DNA of 64,000 nt from Bacteroidota bacterium (GTDB lineage Bacteria > Bacteroidota > Ignavibacteria > Kryptoniales > JAKASW01). This document shows, piece by piece, positions 38,479 to 47,590 of this stretch. The notes under the pieces are model-generated. The model had not been told where the DNA came from. It did no database searches and saw only the letters and a program-made list of their open reading frames with translations. Numbering within the stretch: the first letter of the stretch is position 1; each line of letters opens with the position of its first letter. Position numbers and translations under genes: made by a program. The stretch covers positions 2,807-66,806 of the forward strand of contig JAKAGT010000022.1 in the NCBI GenBank assembly GCA_021825585.1, read 5' to 3'.

Positions 38479-40008
38479 ATGAAAAGGACTTCTTACTGTA
38501 TTGCTTTCTTGCTGCTGGTCGTCTCATGCAGCGGCGAGAAAATCAACCCGAACAATTCTCAACCGCAGTCCACAAGACCGGCTGCCTTCGCCGGGACTTT
38601 CTATCCCGCCGACTCGACGATGCTGGCCAACGCGATAACGGCTTTCGTGAAGGATGCAAGTCCGATTGTTGCAACCGACCCCGTCGCGATTATCGTACCA
38701 CATGCAGGCTACGTTTTCTCCGGACAGATTGCCGCTGACGGATACAATCAGGTGAGGCACACAGCCTATGACCTGGTCGTCATTATCGGTACAAACCACT
38801 CGGTGTCTAACCTGGCAGGCATCGTCGTTTATCCGAAAGGTGCTTTCGCAACCCCGATCGGAGCTGCGGAGATCGATGAGAAAGCGGCTGACGAACTCAT
38901 GAAGGAAGACCGTGATGCGGCTGCGAACGTGCCGGCGCATGCGAAGGAGCACTCAGTGGAAGTCCAGGTTCCCTTCATCAAGTATTTGTTCCCTCACGCC
39001 AGGATTCTGCCTGTAATCATCGGTGAACCGGATGTCGATCTATGCATCAGGTTCGGCCATGCGCTGGCAAAGGTGCTCAAGAACAAGGAAGCGCTGATAG
39101 TTGCAAGTTCGGACCTGTCGCACTATCCCGGCTTCGACGACGCTGTACGCACAGACAACCGCACTCTCAAGACGATATGTTCGATGGACCCGGAAGAAAT
39201 AAGCCGAAGCTTATCTCAGCAAGTGGGCAGAAACGTTCCCGGTCTTTTGACCTGCGCGTGCGGCGAGGGACCCATCATAGCCGCGGTCGCTGCCGCTAAG
39301 GATCTCGGGGCGAATAGCACATCGATTGTCGGGTACAGCAATTCCGGTTACAACCCGCTCGGCACCGCAGATCGCGTTGTCGGATACGGCGCCGTCGTTT
39401 TTGGAAAAGGCAAAGCCAGCGCACCGGACGATGTCGACAGCCTCGTTGTGAATTCTGATTACAGGCTTGATTCGTCGGATAAGCGAACACTTCTCGGATA
39501 CGCAAGAAAAACGCTTGAGCAATACTTCACATCTCAAACCGTCCCCCTTCCCCGACATTTCAACCCATTTCTGAAAGTAAAGCGCGGCGCTTTTGTCACA
39601 CTGAGAAAGAACGGCGAATTGCGCGGGTGCATCGGGCACATGGACGAAGACAGGCCTTTGAGCACAGTCGTCGGAGCCATGGCGCTTCAAGCCGCCTTTA
39701 ACGATCCGAGATTCAGATCGCTGAGTGCAGATGAGCTGCGGCAAATCGAGATTGAGATTTCCGTCCTGACACCCATCGCGAAGGTTGGTAGTGCAGCCGA
39801 CATCGTCCTCGGACGTGACGGCGTCGTGCTCAAGAAAGGGGATAAACAGGCCGTGTTTCTCCCACAGGTAGCCAAGGAAACAGGATGGAGCAGGGAAGTA
39901 TTCCTGGACCAGCTTTGTTACAAAGCGGGTTTGAACGCCGGCGACTGGAAGAAAGCCGACTTGTTTACTTTCCAGGCGGATGTCTTCAGCGAAGCAGAAA
40001 TTCATTGA
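38479..40008 (+). CDS. fusion of AmmeMemoRadiSam protein B (Memo-like) and protein A (AMMECR1 domain), with lipoprotein signal peptide
   Basis: 509 aa. N-terminus MKRTSYCIAFLLLVVSCSG carries a lipobox. Memo motifs: AGTFYPAD, VPHAGYVFSG, EHSVEVQVPF, SSDLSHY, CACGEGPI. The C-terminal AMMECR1 domain has GAFVTLRKNGELRGCIGH and AVFLPQV. There is a 6-nt gap after the radical SAM gene. Confidence 0.8.
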   Translation: MKRTSYCIAFLLLVVSCSGEKINPNNSQPQSTRPAAFAGTFYPADSTMLANAITAFVKDASPIVATDPVAIIVPHAGYVFSGQIAADGYNQVRHTAYDLVVIIGTNHSVSNLAGIVVYPKGAFATPIGAAEIDEKAADELMKEDRDAAANVPAHAKEHSVEVQVPFIKYLFPHARILPVIIGEPDVDLCIRFGHALAKVLKNKEALIVASSDLSHYPGFDDAVRTDNRTLKTICSMDPEEISRSLSQQVGRNVPGLLTCACGEGPIIAAVAAAKDLGANSTSIVGYSNSGYNPLGTADRVVGYGAVVFGKGKASAPDDVDSLVVNSDYRLDSSDKRTLLGYARKTLEQYFTSQTVPLPRHFNPFLKVKRGAFVTLRKNGELRGCIGHMDEDRPLSTVVGAMALQAAFNDPRFRSLSADELRQIEIEISVLTPIAKVGSAADIVLGRDGVVLKKGDKQAVFLPQVAKETGWSREVFLDQLCYKAGLNAGDWKKADLFTFQADVFSEAEIH

Positions 40009-42253
40009 GAGGGTAAGAGCCGGCGGCACCTACACGTATCTTCTCGCCGTCGGCTTCATCTCGATCCTGGGACAAGTTGTGGTGCTTCGGGAGCTCAATG
40101 TAGCGTTTTACGGTATCGAACTGATTTACATCCTCTCGATCGGCTTCTGGCTCTCCGGGACGGCGATCGGCGCATCTGTAGGCCGCCACTCAGGCGTACC
40201 GGCGGAGAAGCAGATCGACGTGCTCCTGCTCGCCACTGCCGCAATTCTGTTGATGGACATCGGATTCATACGGGGTATGCGGAACATACTGGGCGGCGTC
40301 GTGGGCGGATATCTCCCTTTCACGAAGCAGATGATAGGATTGGCGATAGCACTGCTGCCGATCAGTTTCTTATCCGGGCTCCTGTTCCAATGGTGCGCAA
40401 AGAGATTCGTGTCGGAAAACCGATCATTCGCAAAGGCTTATGCCGTAGAGAGCGCCGGAGGTGTCCTCGGCGGACTGTCGTCAACCCTCTTCCTTAGTCT
40501 GGGGCTTCAAAACTTCTCTGCCGCGCTCATATGCAGCGTGCTCGCAGTTGCCATCGTAATGCTTTATGCCGGCCGCGCCGAAGATCCGGGCGTGAACCAA
40601 ATTGAGCCACAAGAGACAAGGAGACCCGGAGGCATCAAGTACTTTTCTGTCGCGGGATTACTGGGACTAATCATACTCTTCAGCTTCTCCCGAGAAGTTG
40701 ACCAATGGATGACTTCCTGGAATCACACCGGCCTGGTCGAGACGCGGGACACACCATACAGTCGTGTCACTGTGACGGCTCAAGGAGGGCAGGTCTGCGT
40801 CTTCGAGGATGACGCGCTTGCTTATGAGACTCAGAGCATCTCTGCCGAGGAGTTCGTTCAGCTTGCAACCCTGCAGTCGGTGAAGCCGGGAAGAGTGCTT
40901 CTCTTAGGAGGAGGATTCGAAGGCATCCTTCTTGAACTGCTGAAGCTCCCCCTGAAGGAGATCGACTACGTTGAAATCAACAGCGACATAATCGAGACGG
41001 TGCGCGGTCATTTGCCTGATGACCTTAGCAGTTCTCTGCATGATCGGAGGGTGGATATCATCTTTGGGGACCCGAGGCGGTTTCTTCATCGCCCGCGTTC
41101 CTATGACATGATACTTGTGGCTATGCCCGACCCCACGTCGGCACAGAACAATCGATTCTACACCAGAGAGTTCTTCGAAGAGTGTTCCGCGTTGTTGGAC
41201 AAGGACGGCATACTTGCCTTTGACATTCGCTCGGCGGAAAACCTATGGACACCGCAGATGCGGGCAAGAAACGGCAGTATCTTCCGTGCTTTGAAATCGG
41301 CTTTCAATTATGTCGTGGTTCTGCCCGGAGTGACAAACATATTCATCGCTTCACAATCCATGCTGAAGACCGACCCTGTCAGGCTTGCAGATCGATTCAA
41401 GGAGAGAGAGATTCAAGCCCGCCTGGTTTCTCCTGAGTACATAAACTACCTGTACACAAATGACAGGTTCGCCGCGGCGAACGAGATGCTTTCGTCGGGA
41501 TCACCTGTCGCCAACTCCGATTTTCGCCCGGCCTGTTACGGTTATACCATGTCAATCTGGTTGTCCAAATTCTTCCCAGATTTCGTATTACCGGCACCTC
41601 GCCCGTTGACAATCGCCAGCCTATCAGCCTCCGTGATCTTCTGGCTCGCGCTCGTCATCGTAATGGTAATAAGCATCAGCAGGCGACTGACGTCCGCGCG
41701 GCGGTTCGTGCTTGTAATGCTTGCAGGATTCACTGGCATGGTTACGGAAACGCTGCTCATGCTGAATTACCAGAGTAAGAGCGGGGTGCTTTACCAGGAC
41801 ATCGGTATCTTGCTGATGAGCTTCATGATAGGGCTGACACTTGGTGCATTTATTATCGACAGGCTTCTCCAATCGAGAATCCATCACGAGAAGCTCCCGG
41901 GCCGGCAACATCTTCATGTTATCGCCATCGGAGTCGCACTGCTTCTGGGCTTTGGCCTTCTGAACATGGCCGCATACTATTTTTTCAGACTTGGACTCCT
42001 TAACGGTCTGTATTCTACTTCCGTGGCTCTGATCCTGGACGGGTCATTCGTCTCGGCAACTTTTGCATTGGTTGTCATCAGAGAAACAGGGGACCGGAAA
42101 GGGCTTCCGATCAGGCTCTACTCCGCCGACCTTATCGGAGGAAGCTTAGGCTCCTTGATTGCCAGCCTTTTCCTCATACCTGTTTACGGAATACTCGTCG
42201 CGTCGATAATGATGGGGACCCTGGCGTTCTGCGGATTGGTTTTCCTAAGGTGA
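39980..42253 (+). CDS. polytopic membrane protein with central spermidine-synthase-like (aminopropyl/methyl-transferase fold) domain
   Basis: 757 aa. About 7 N-terminal and about 6 C-terminal TM helices flank a soluble domain. That domain has VLLLGGGFEGILLELLK...EIDYVEIN...DMILVAMPDPTSAQNNRFYTREFF, the spermidine synthase G-loop and D-x-x-DP...F(Y)T-x-EF motif. It overlaps the upstream gene by 29 nt. Confidence 0.7.
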   Translation: MSSAKQKFIERVRAGGTYTYLLAVGFISILGQVVVLRELNVAFYGIELIYILSIGFWLSGTAIGASVGRHSGVPAEKQIDVLLLATAAILLMDIGFIRGMRNILGGVVGGYLPFTKQMIGLAIALLPISFLSGLLFQWCAKRFVSENRSFAKAYAVESAGGVLGGLSSTLFLSLGLQNFSAALICSVLAVAIVMLYAGRAEDPGVNQIEPQETRRPGGIKYFSVAGLLGLIILFSFSREVDQWMTSWNHTGLVETRDTPYSRVTVTAQGGQVCVFEDDALAYETQSISAEEFVQLATLQSVKPGRVLLLGGGFEGILLELLKLPLKEIDYVEINSDIIETVRGHLPDDLSSSLHDRRVDIIFGDPRRFLHRPRSYDMILVAMPDPTSAQNNRFYTREFFEECSALLDKDGILAFDIRSAENLWTPQMRARNGSIFRALKSAFNYVVVLPGVTNIFIASQSMLKTDPVRLADRFKEREIQARLVSPEYINYLYTNDRFAAANEMLSSGSPVANSDFRPACYGYTMSIWLSKFFPDFVLPAPRPLTIASLSASVIFWLALVIVMVISISRRLTSARRFVLVMLAGFTGMVTETLLMLNYQSKSGVLYQDIGILLMSFMIGLTLGAFIIDRLLQSRIHHEKLPGRQHLHVIAIGVALLLGFGLLNMAAYYFFRLGLLNGLYSTSVALILDGSFVSATFALVVIRETGDRKGLPIRLYSADLIGGSLGSLIASLFLIPVYGILVASIMMGTLAFCGLVFLR

Positions 42254-42390
42254 GTTAAGACGCAGGAAGCGATGATATTCACCGAATACCGCCCTCTTTT
42301 CCGGTAAGAATCCGCCTAGGTCCGTTCGATCTATGTGCACAGTTTCTCTTTCAGGTTTCCCGGGATCTGACCGCCCCGCGGCGCGGTATT

Positions 42391-44403
42391 CTACTCGAAA
42401 TCCAGATTCCACCTTTCGTAGAATTCCGACGGGACGACTTCTATGAACCTGCTCGGCTTCGTGAAAATCTTTCCGCTTTCGCGGTCGTACACGTTCATAG
42501 GGTAGGTGACGTACAAATTCTCTTTCGCGCGGGTGCATGCGACGTACATCAGTCTTCTTTCCTCTTCAATCGCCTCGTCGTCGTCCGTGGCATACATCGA
42601 CGGGAATTTCCCGTCCAGCGCCCAGATCAGGAACACGCTGTTCCACTCCAGCCCCTTCGCGGAATGGATCGTCGAAATCGTGATCTGTTCCTCTTTCATA
42701 TCCTTCTCGCCGAGATCGACCACACTCTCGGTCGGCGGCTCGAGCGCGAGGTCCGCGAGAAAAGTCTGAAGCGATTTGTATCGTTCGGCAATCGACGCGA
42801 ACATCACGAGGTCCTTTTCTCGTTTCGCATAGTCGTCGTACTTTTCGCGCATCAGCGGCTCGTAGTAGCGCAGAACCGACTCGACTTTCTCGATTGGCTT
42901 CGTGAACTTCTTCCCTTCCCCGGTAATGAAACCGATCAGCTCCTCCGCACTCGAGGGAATCTTCGTCTCTGCCCCTTGGCCGGCATCTTTCTCCCCGGTG
43001 CCGGCATGGGCAAGCCGGTCGAGAACCTTCTCGGCAACGCGCGGTCCGACGCCGGGATGCAGAAGCAGGATCCGGTGCCAACCGACTGCGTCCTGCGAAT
43101 TCTCAATTACTCTCAAGAACGCTACCACATCCTTTATATGCGCGGCCTCGACAAGCTTCATACCGCCGAACTTCACGTACGGGATATTCGCGCGCGTGAG
43201 CTCGATTTCAAGGTCAAAGGAAAGGTATGACGAACGGAAGAGCACCGCGATGTCGTTCAGGGTAATTCCCGCTTCACGCAGTTCCAGTATTCTCTGGACA
43301 ACAAACTTCGACTGCACGTTTTCGTTTTCCGTTCCGACGATAGCAGGCCTACCGCCCGCTTTCTTCCTCGAATACAACTCCTTTTCGTATTTCTCCTTCG
43401 CCGCGTCGATGACCTTGTTCGTAAAGTTCAGTATGCCCTGGCTCGAACGGTAGTTTTCGGTGAGTTTGATAATCTTGCAATTCGGGAAATAGGACGGGAA
43501 GTCGAAGATATTCTTGAAGTTCGCCCCGCGGAAGGAGTAGATACTCTGCGCATCGTCGCCGACGACCATTACGTTGTCTTTATCCATCCCGAGATATCTT
43601 ACAATCTCTCCCTGCACCTTGTTCGTATCCTGGAACTCGTCGACCATGACGTAGGCATACTTGCTCGTAATTGCCTTGCGAACGGATTCGTTCTGTGCGA
43701 GCAGCTCCCGGAGATTCTTCAGCAGATCGTCGTAATCCATGAGGTTGTATTTGCGCTTGTAATCGTCGAACTGTTTCTTCAGCTTCAGGATATCGTCAAT
43801 CTGTTCGATGAATCTCGGATATTCCTTGAAGACGATCTCGTCTATTTTCGTGAGAGTATTTTCCGATTTGCTGTATATATCGACGAGAGTTTCTTTTTTC
43901 GGAAAGCGCTGCGATTTCTTTTCCGGGCTCAGCCGCGTTCTAAGCAGGTTCACCACGTCGGCAGCATCGGAATCGTCGAGTATCGTGAACTGCTCGCCGT
44001 ATCCGAGGACCTTCGCATAATGCCTCAACGTCATGTTTGCGAACGAGTGGAACGTCCCTCCTGCCACATCCTCTGCCGAGGTAGACTTCAACAGCGCACC
44101 GGCGCGTTTTAACATCTCATTTGCCGCCTTGCGGGTGAATGTCAGAAGTAGTATCGACTGCGGATTACATCCCAGTTCGACGAGGTAGGCGACACGGTAG
44201 ATCAGGGTCTTGGTTTTTCCGGTACCCGCTCCTGCAATGACGAGCACCGGTACATCAATCGTCCGGACAACTTCGAGCTGGCCGGGGTTGAGGTCCTGCT
44301 CATAATTTATCTTGAATACACGCCGCTCGGCCTCGCCGACGACGCTCTTTTTTATCGTGTATCTTCTCTCGCGGCTCCCGCCGGAGTCTTTCTGAGAATC
44401 CAT
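42391..44403 (-). CDS. UvrD/PcrA/Rep-family SF1 DNA helicase
   Basis: 670 aa. Motif I VIAGAGTGKTKTL. Motif II MVDEFQDTN. Motif III VVGDDAQSIYSFRGA. Motif V-VI ...TIHSAKGLEW ... YVACTRAKENL. Confidence 0.85.
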   Translation of the reverse strand: MDSQKDSGGSRERRYTIKKSVVGEAERRVFKINYEQDLNPGQLEVVRTIDVPVLVIAGAGTGKTKTLIYRVAYLVELGCNPQSILLLTFTRKAANEMLKRAGALLKSTSAEDVAGGTFHSFANMTLRHYAKVLGYGEQFTILDDSDAADVVNLLRTRLSPEKKSQRFPKKETLVDIYSKSENTLTKIDEIVFKEYPRFIEQIDDILKLKKQFDDYKRKYNLMDYDDLLKNLRELLAQNESVRKAITSKYAYVMVDEFQDTNKVQGEIVRYLGMDKDNVMVVGDDAQSIYSFRGANFKNIFDFPSYFPNCKIIKLTENYRSSQGILNFTNKVIDAAKEKYEKELYSRKKAGGRPAIVGTENENVQSKFVVQRILELREAGITLNDIAVLFRSSYLSFDLEIELTRANIPYVKFGGMKLVEAAHIKDVVAFLRVIENSQDAVGWHRILLLHPGVGPRVAEKVLDRLAHAGTGEKDAGQGAETKIPSSAEELIGFITGEGKKFTKPIEKVESVLRYYEPLMREKYDDYAKREKDLVMFASIAERYKSLQTFLADLALEPPTESVVDLGEKDMKEEQITISTIHSAKGLEWNSVFLIWALDGKFPSMYATDDDEAIEEERRLMYVACTRAKENLYVTYPMNVYDRESGKIFTKPSRFIEVVPSEFYERWNLDFE

Positions 44404-46016
44404 TATTGCGGCACCGTAAAAAAGAATTTAGAACCTCTTCCCAACTGACTTTCGACCCAGACGCGTCCGCCGTGCAGCTCGACCAGCCTCCGTGTCAGCG
44501 CGAGGCCGAGTCCGACTCCTCTGTATTTTCTCGCGTACGGGTTTTGTGCCAGCTGCTCGAACGGTTTGAACAGCCTGTCGATGTCCTGGCTCTTGATTCC
44601 CATCCCGAAATCCTCGATGCAGAAATAGACGGAGCTCTCTTTCTTCCAGACCTTCAGGTTTATCCTCCCATCGGCGTGACTGAACTTCACCGCATTCGAA
44701 AGAAGGTTGATCACAATCTGACGCAGCTTCTGCGGGTCTGCATAAATGCTTTCGATCGGCTCCTTGTAATCCGTCACGACACTGATGTTCTTTTCCTGGG
44801 CCATCGGCTCGACGATACTGACCGCCTGGGTCAATTCGGCGGGAAGCTTGAAATGGGACCTTTCAAGTTTCAGACGTCCGATCTCGAGCCTCGACAAGTC
44901 GAGTAGGTCATTCACAAGCTCGAGCAGGTGTCTGCCGCTCGTGTTTATGTTCCCGATGAACTGCCGGGCCATCTCATGCGGCATATCGTTTATGTCCGTC
45001 TGCAGGACTTCACTGAACCCTATGATAGCGTTGAGAGGCGTGCGGAGTTCGTGGCTCATGTTTGCCAGAAATTCCGTCTTGGAACGGTTCGCGTTGTCCG
45101 CTTTTCGCCTCTGGACTTCAAGCGCGATTGTATTCTTCTGCATTTCTTCGAAGAGACGCGCATTTCGAAGTGCGAGCGAACACTGGTAGCCGAAGAGCTC
45201 GAGCAATACCTCAGGGTATTCATTCCCGGCAAAGAAACAACAGAGCAGGCCATCCGCCTTCCCATCTAGATGCAACGGGACAAACACTAACTGTCTTACC
45301 GCAGCAAGTTCCCGCGAAACCGGCAGGGGCCTGTTACCTGCCAGGATTCCAATGAACTCGTCCGTGCTGATGCCCGAATACAATCTACGGCTTTCCGCCG
45401 TCTTTCTGAGGAACCCCATCTTATCAGGCAGCAGCTCTAAATTCTTCAGGTTGATGTCCAAATACGCCGCGAGTTTCTCGAACGACTGGAGACCCTCTCC
45501 GGAATAATAACCTGAATCGACGATGTCCGAACGCGGATCGAACAGCAGGAGTACTGAGAGGTAGGCACCCGCTATCTCAGCCCCTTTCGATACAATTCGC
45601 CGAAGGACGTCATGCATACTTCCGGGGGAAGCGAGGGCCATGCTGTTTTCTTCAAGCTTGAGGAGATGCCTGGAAAACTTATTCGTCTCGTTCGTTGCGT
45701 CTCTGCTTTCAAGGGCACTCCTGTATTCCAGGATCCCCGGTATCAGTTTCCTTATTCCATATCCCGCCAGGCAAATGCCGCACAGATACAATCCGAAGTA
45801 TCTGACGATATCATAGGGGAGCCTCCACCGATCCCCGACAAGAAATCTGAGGTTGCTCAGCGCGAGTCCGGCAGTTATCAACACAAGGCCTGCCCGGATG
45901 TTATTCCAGCCGGCGAGTTTTCCGCCCCGGTCCCGCCCGGGATAAAACAGTGTGAACGATGTAATGGAGAGCATTACCAAGAAAGCTGCAACCCGGTAAA
46001 CTACGAACGGCATCAC
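44403..46016 (-). CDS. membrane sensor histidine kinase (TM + GAF-like + HisKA + HATPase_c), no cognate response regulator adjacent
   Basis: 537 aa. About 4 N-terminal TM helices. H-box SHELRTPLNAIIGFSE. N/G boxes LLSNAVKF ... GVGLGLALTRRLVELHGG. Confidence 0.85.
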   Translation of the reverse strand: MMPFVVYRVAAFLVMLSITSFTLFYPGRDRGGKLAGWNNIRAGLVLITAGLALSNLRFLVGDRWRLPYDIVRYFGLYLCGICLAGYGIRKLIPGILEYRSALESRDATNETNKFSRHLLKLEENSMALASPGSMHDVLRRIVSKGAEIAGAYLSVLLLFDPRSDIVDSGYYSGEGLQSFEKLAAYLDINLKNLELLPDKMGFLRKTAESRRLYSGISTDEFIGILAGNRPLPVSRELAAVRQLVFVPLHLDGKADGLLCCFFAGNEYPEVLLELFGYQCSLALRNARLFEEMQKNTIALEVQRRKADNANRSKTEFLANMSHELRTPLNAIIGFSEVLQTDINDMPHEMARQFIGNINTSGRHLLELVNDLLDLSRLEIGRLKLERSHFKLPAELTQAVSIVEPMAQEKNISVVTDYKEPIESIYADPQKLRQIVINLLSNAVKFSHADGRINLKVWKKESSVYFCIEDFGMGIKSQDIDRLFKPFEQLAQNPYARKYRGVGLGLALTRRLVELHGGRVWVESQLGRGSKFFFTVPQ

Positions 46017-46019
46017 ATG

Positions 46020-47582
46020 CTAAATCGTTCTGGAGTATTCGGAAGTGTCGAGCTTCCACACGGGTACACCGCAATAGCGCTTTCCCTCCGGGCAGTACGG
46101 GGTGGTGCCTGCCATTGACCTTACAGTACACGGAGGCAGCAGGAATTTCCCAAGCGCAGGATGCACTTGTTTTATTTGCTCGACTTCATCGAGGGAAGCA
46201 TTCCAGATTTCTTCCTGTGCGTTGTAACAGAGCCGCATTTCTGCCTTGTGATGAAGGTTGAGCAGGTCCGCGGACTCGGTAAACCTTATCGGAAAAGCGT
46301 TCGGTAGAAGGTAGGCGGCAAATTCGGTGCTGACGCCGAGAGATATGAGTCTGTCTATCGATTCCCATGTCACGTTCATAGTCCGCCTGTAGAGTCTCTC
46401 CGCCTCGTCGTCCAGCAGGACCAGCTTCGGCACTATGTAATCAGGTTCGCTTCTCATGTGTTCTGCGATGATGGGTCTCGAACCTGGAGTCATCCTGTGA
46501 CGCTGGTCCTGAGAATCGGCGGTATGGCTCAGCTTCTTCCTGAACGTGTAAGACGCGTGGTAGAGAGCCCTGGATATCTTGTCGTGTGTGGTCAGCACGA
46601 GCGAGCTCTGGAGCACTTTGTTGCGCACCGGATCAATCGCAAGCGCTATCGCCTCGGAGTCGGACAGTTCCGAAGAGCTTCTGCCGAGGACCTCCCTGAC
46701 CGCACACGCTATGACCTTTTCTGAGTTCGCCTTATAGTCGACGAGTTTAGAGACATGGTCGCCCAGCTCGCGGTCGAATTCCCCGATGAAGTCCGACTGC
46801 GCTTCGTGGTTCCCGATATTCTCGTTTGAGAAGAATTTCTCATCGAGCGGTTCATCGATAACCAGCTGGTAATTCGGGTCGAACTTCAGGAGCTCCCGTA
46901 CCATCATGTCGACGACAATCTGCTGTTCGTAGGGAGTGTCGCCGGACTTGGACATCTTGGCATACCTTAGAAGCGTTATGCCGCTCACGGTATGGTAGAG
47001 ATATGAAAACGTCGCGACAGGAAGCACGTATCTCGCGATTTCCTGCGCCTTCTTTTTGATTTCGCCTGCAAAGCGCTTGTCGTTTCCGCGCCTCGGAAAC
47101 ACTGCCAGGTACGCTCTGCCTGCCGGCCTCATCAGCAGCTCGACGAGTTTCCGGTAAGCCTGGATCTGTACGCCCGCGGTGTTCGTATAGACCTCCAGGG
47201 CCTCGCCCTTCAGCGGAGGCACAAAGAAGTTTCCATCCTTTACTTCGACATACCGCTGGCTTACCTGCTCGGAATTGTAAAACGGATGTGAATGCAGGAA
47301 CGACCAGATGAATTGCCGCGAGACATCCGAGAGCTGAAACTGAAACGTCGCATGTTGAAAGGTGGTATGATGCCCTGCCTCATAGATGTCCAGTGCCAGG
47401 CTGCGATACCTGTCCATTTCGATCGACTCATCCTCTATAATCCCCTTCGAGGAATAGCAGGTCCGGGCGGCTGCAATGACATTTTTGAACGAGTTGGCAA
47501 AAGCCTTGACGAGTTTAACCTGCGGGGGCCGTGAAACCCCGCCTTCGTATCTATTTTCAATCCGAACTGTCTCTTCCGACAT
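46020..47582 (-). CDS. tandem-domain ThyX-like protein (FAD-dependent thymidylate synthase family)
   Basis: 520 aa, about twice the usual ThyX length. The N-half has LHSHPFYNSEQVSQRY, the shape of the ThyX R-H-R-x7-8-S-x-R-Y signature with HSH in place of RHR. The C-half has QDQRHRMT (RHR present) but no following SxRY. Confidence 0.6.
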   Translation of the reverse strand: MSEETVRIENRYEGGVSRPPQVKLVKAFANSFKNVIAAARTCYSSKGIIEDESIEMDRYRSLALDIYEAGHHTTFQHATFQFQLSDVSRQFIWSFLHSHPFYNSEQVSQRYVEVKDGNFFVPPLKGEALEVYTNTAGVQIQAYRKLVELLMRPAGRAYLAVFPRRGNDKRFAGEIKKKAQEIARYVLPVATFSYLYHTVSGITLLRYAKMSKSGDTPYEQQIVVDMMVRELLKFDPNYQLVIDEPLDEKFFSNENIGNHEAQSDFIGEFDRELGDHVSKLVDYKANSEKVIACAVREVLGRSSSELSDSEAIALAIDPVRNKVLQSSLVLTTHDKISRALYHASYTFRKKLSHTADSQDQRHRMTPGSRPIIAEHMRSEPDYIVPKLVLLDDEAERLYRRTMNVTWESIDRLISLGVSTEFAAYLLPNAFPIRFTESADLLNLHHKAEMRLCYNAQEEIWNASLDEVEQIKQVHPALGKFLLPPCTVRSMAGTTPYCPEGKRYCGVPVWKLDTSEYSRTI

Positions 47583-47590
47583 CGGAACTC

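Noticed and set aside
39211-40029. 272-aa minus-strand ORF; likewise the minus-strand ORF 36065..36715 and the - strand ORFs 42566..43081 and 59713..60276
   Set aside because: All are antisense or off-frame shadows of motif-supported genes: the AMMECR1 domain, PhyH, UvrD and the C1 permease.
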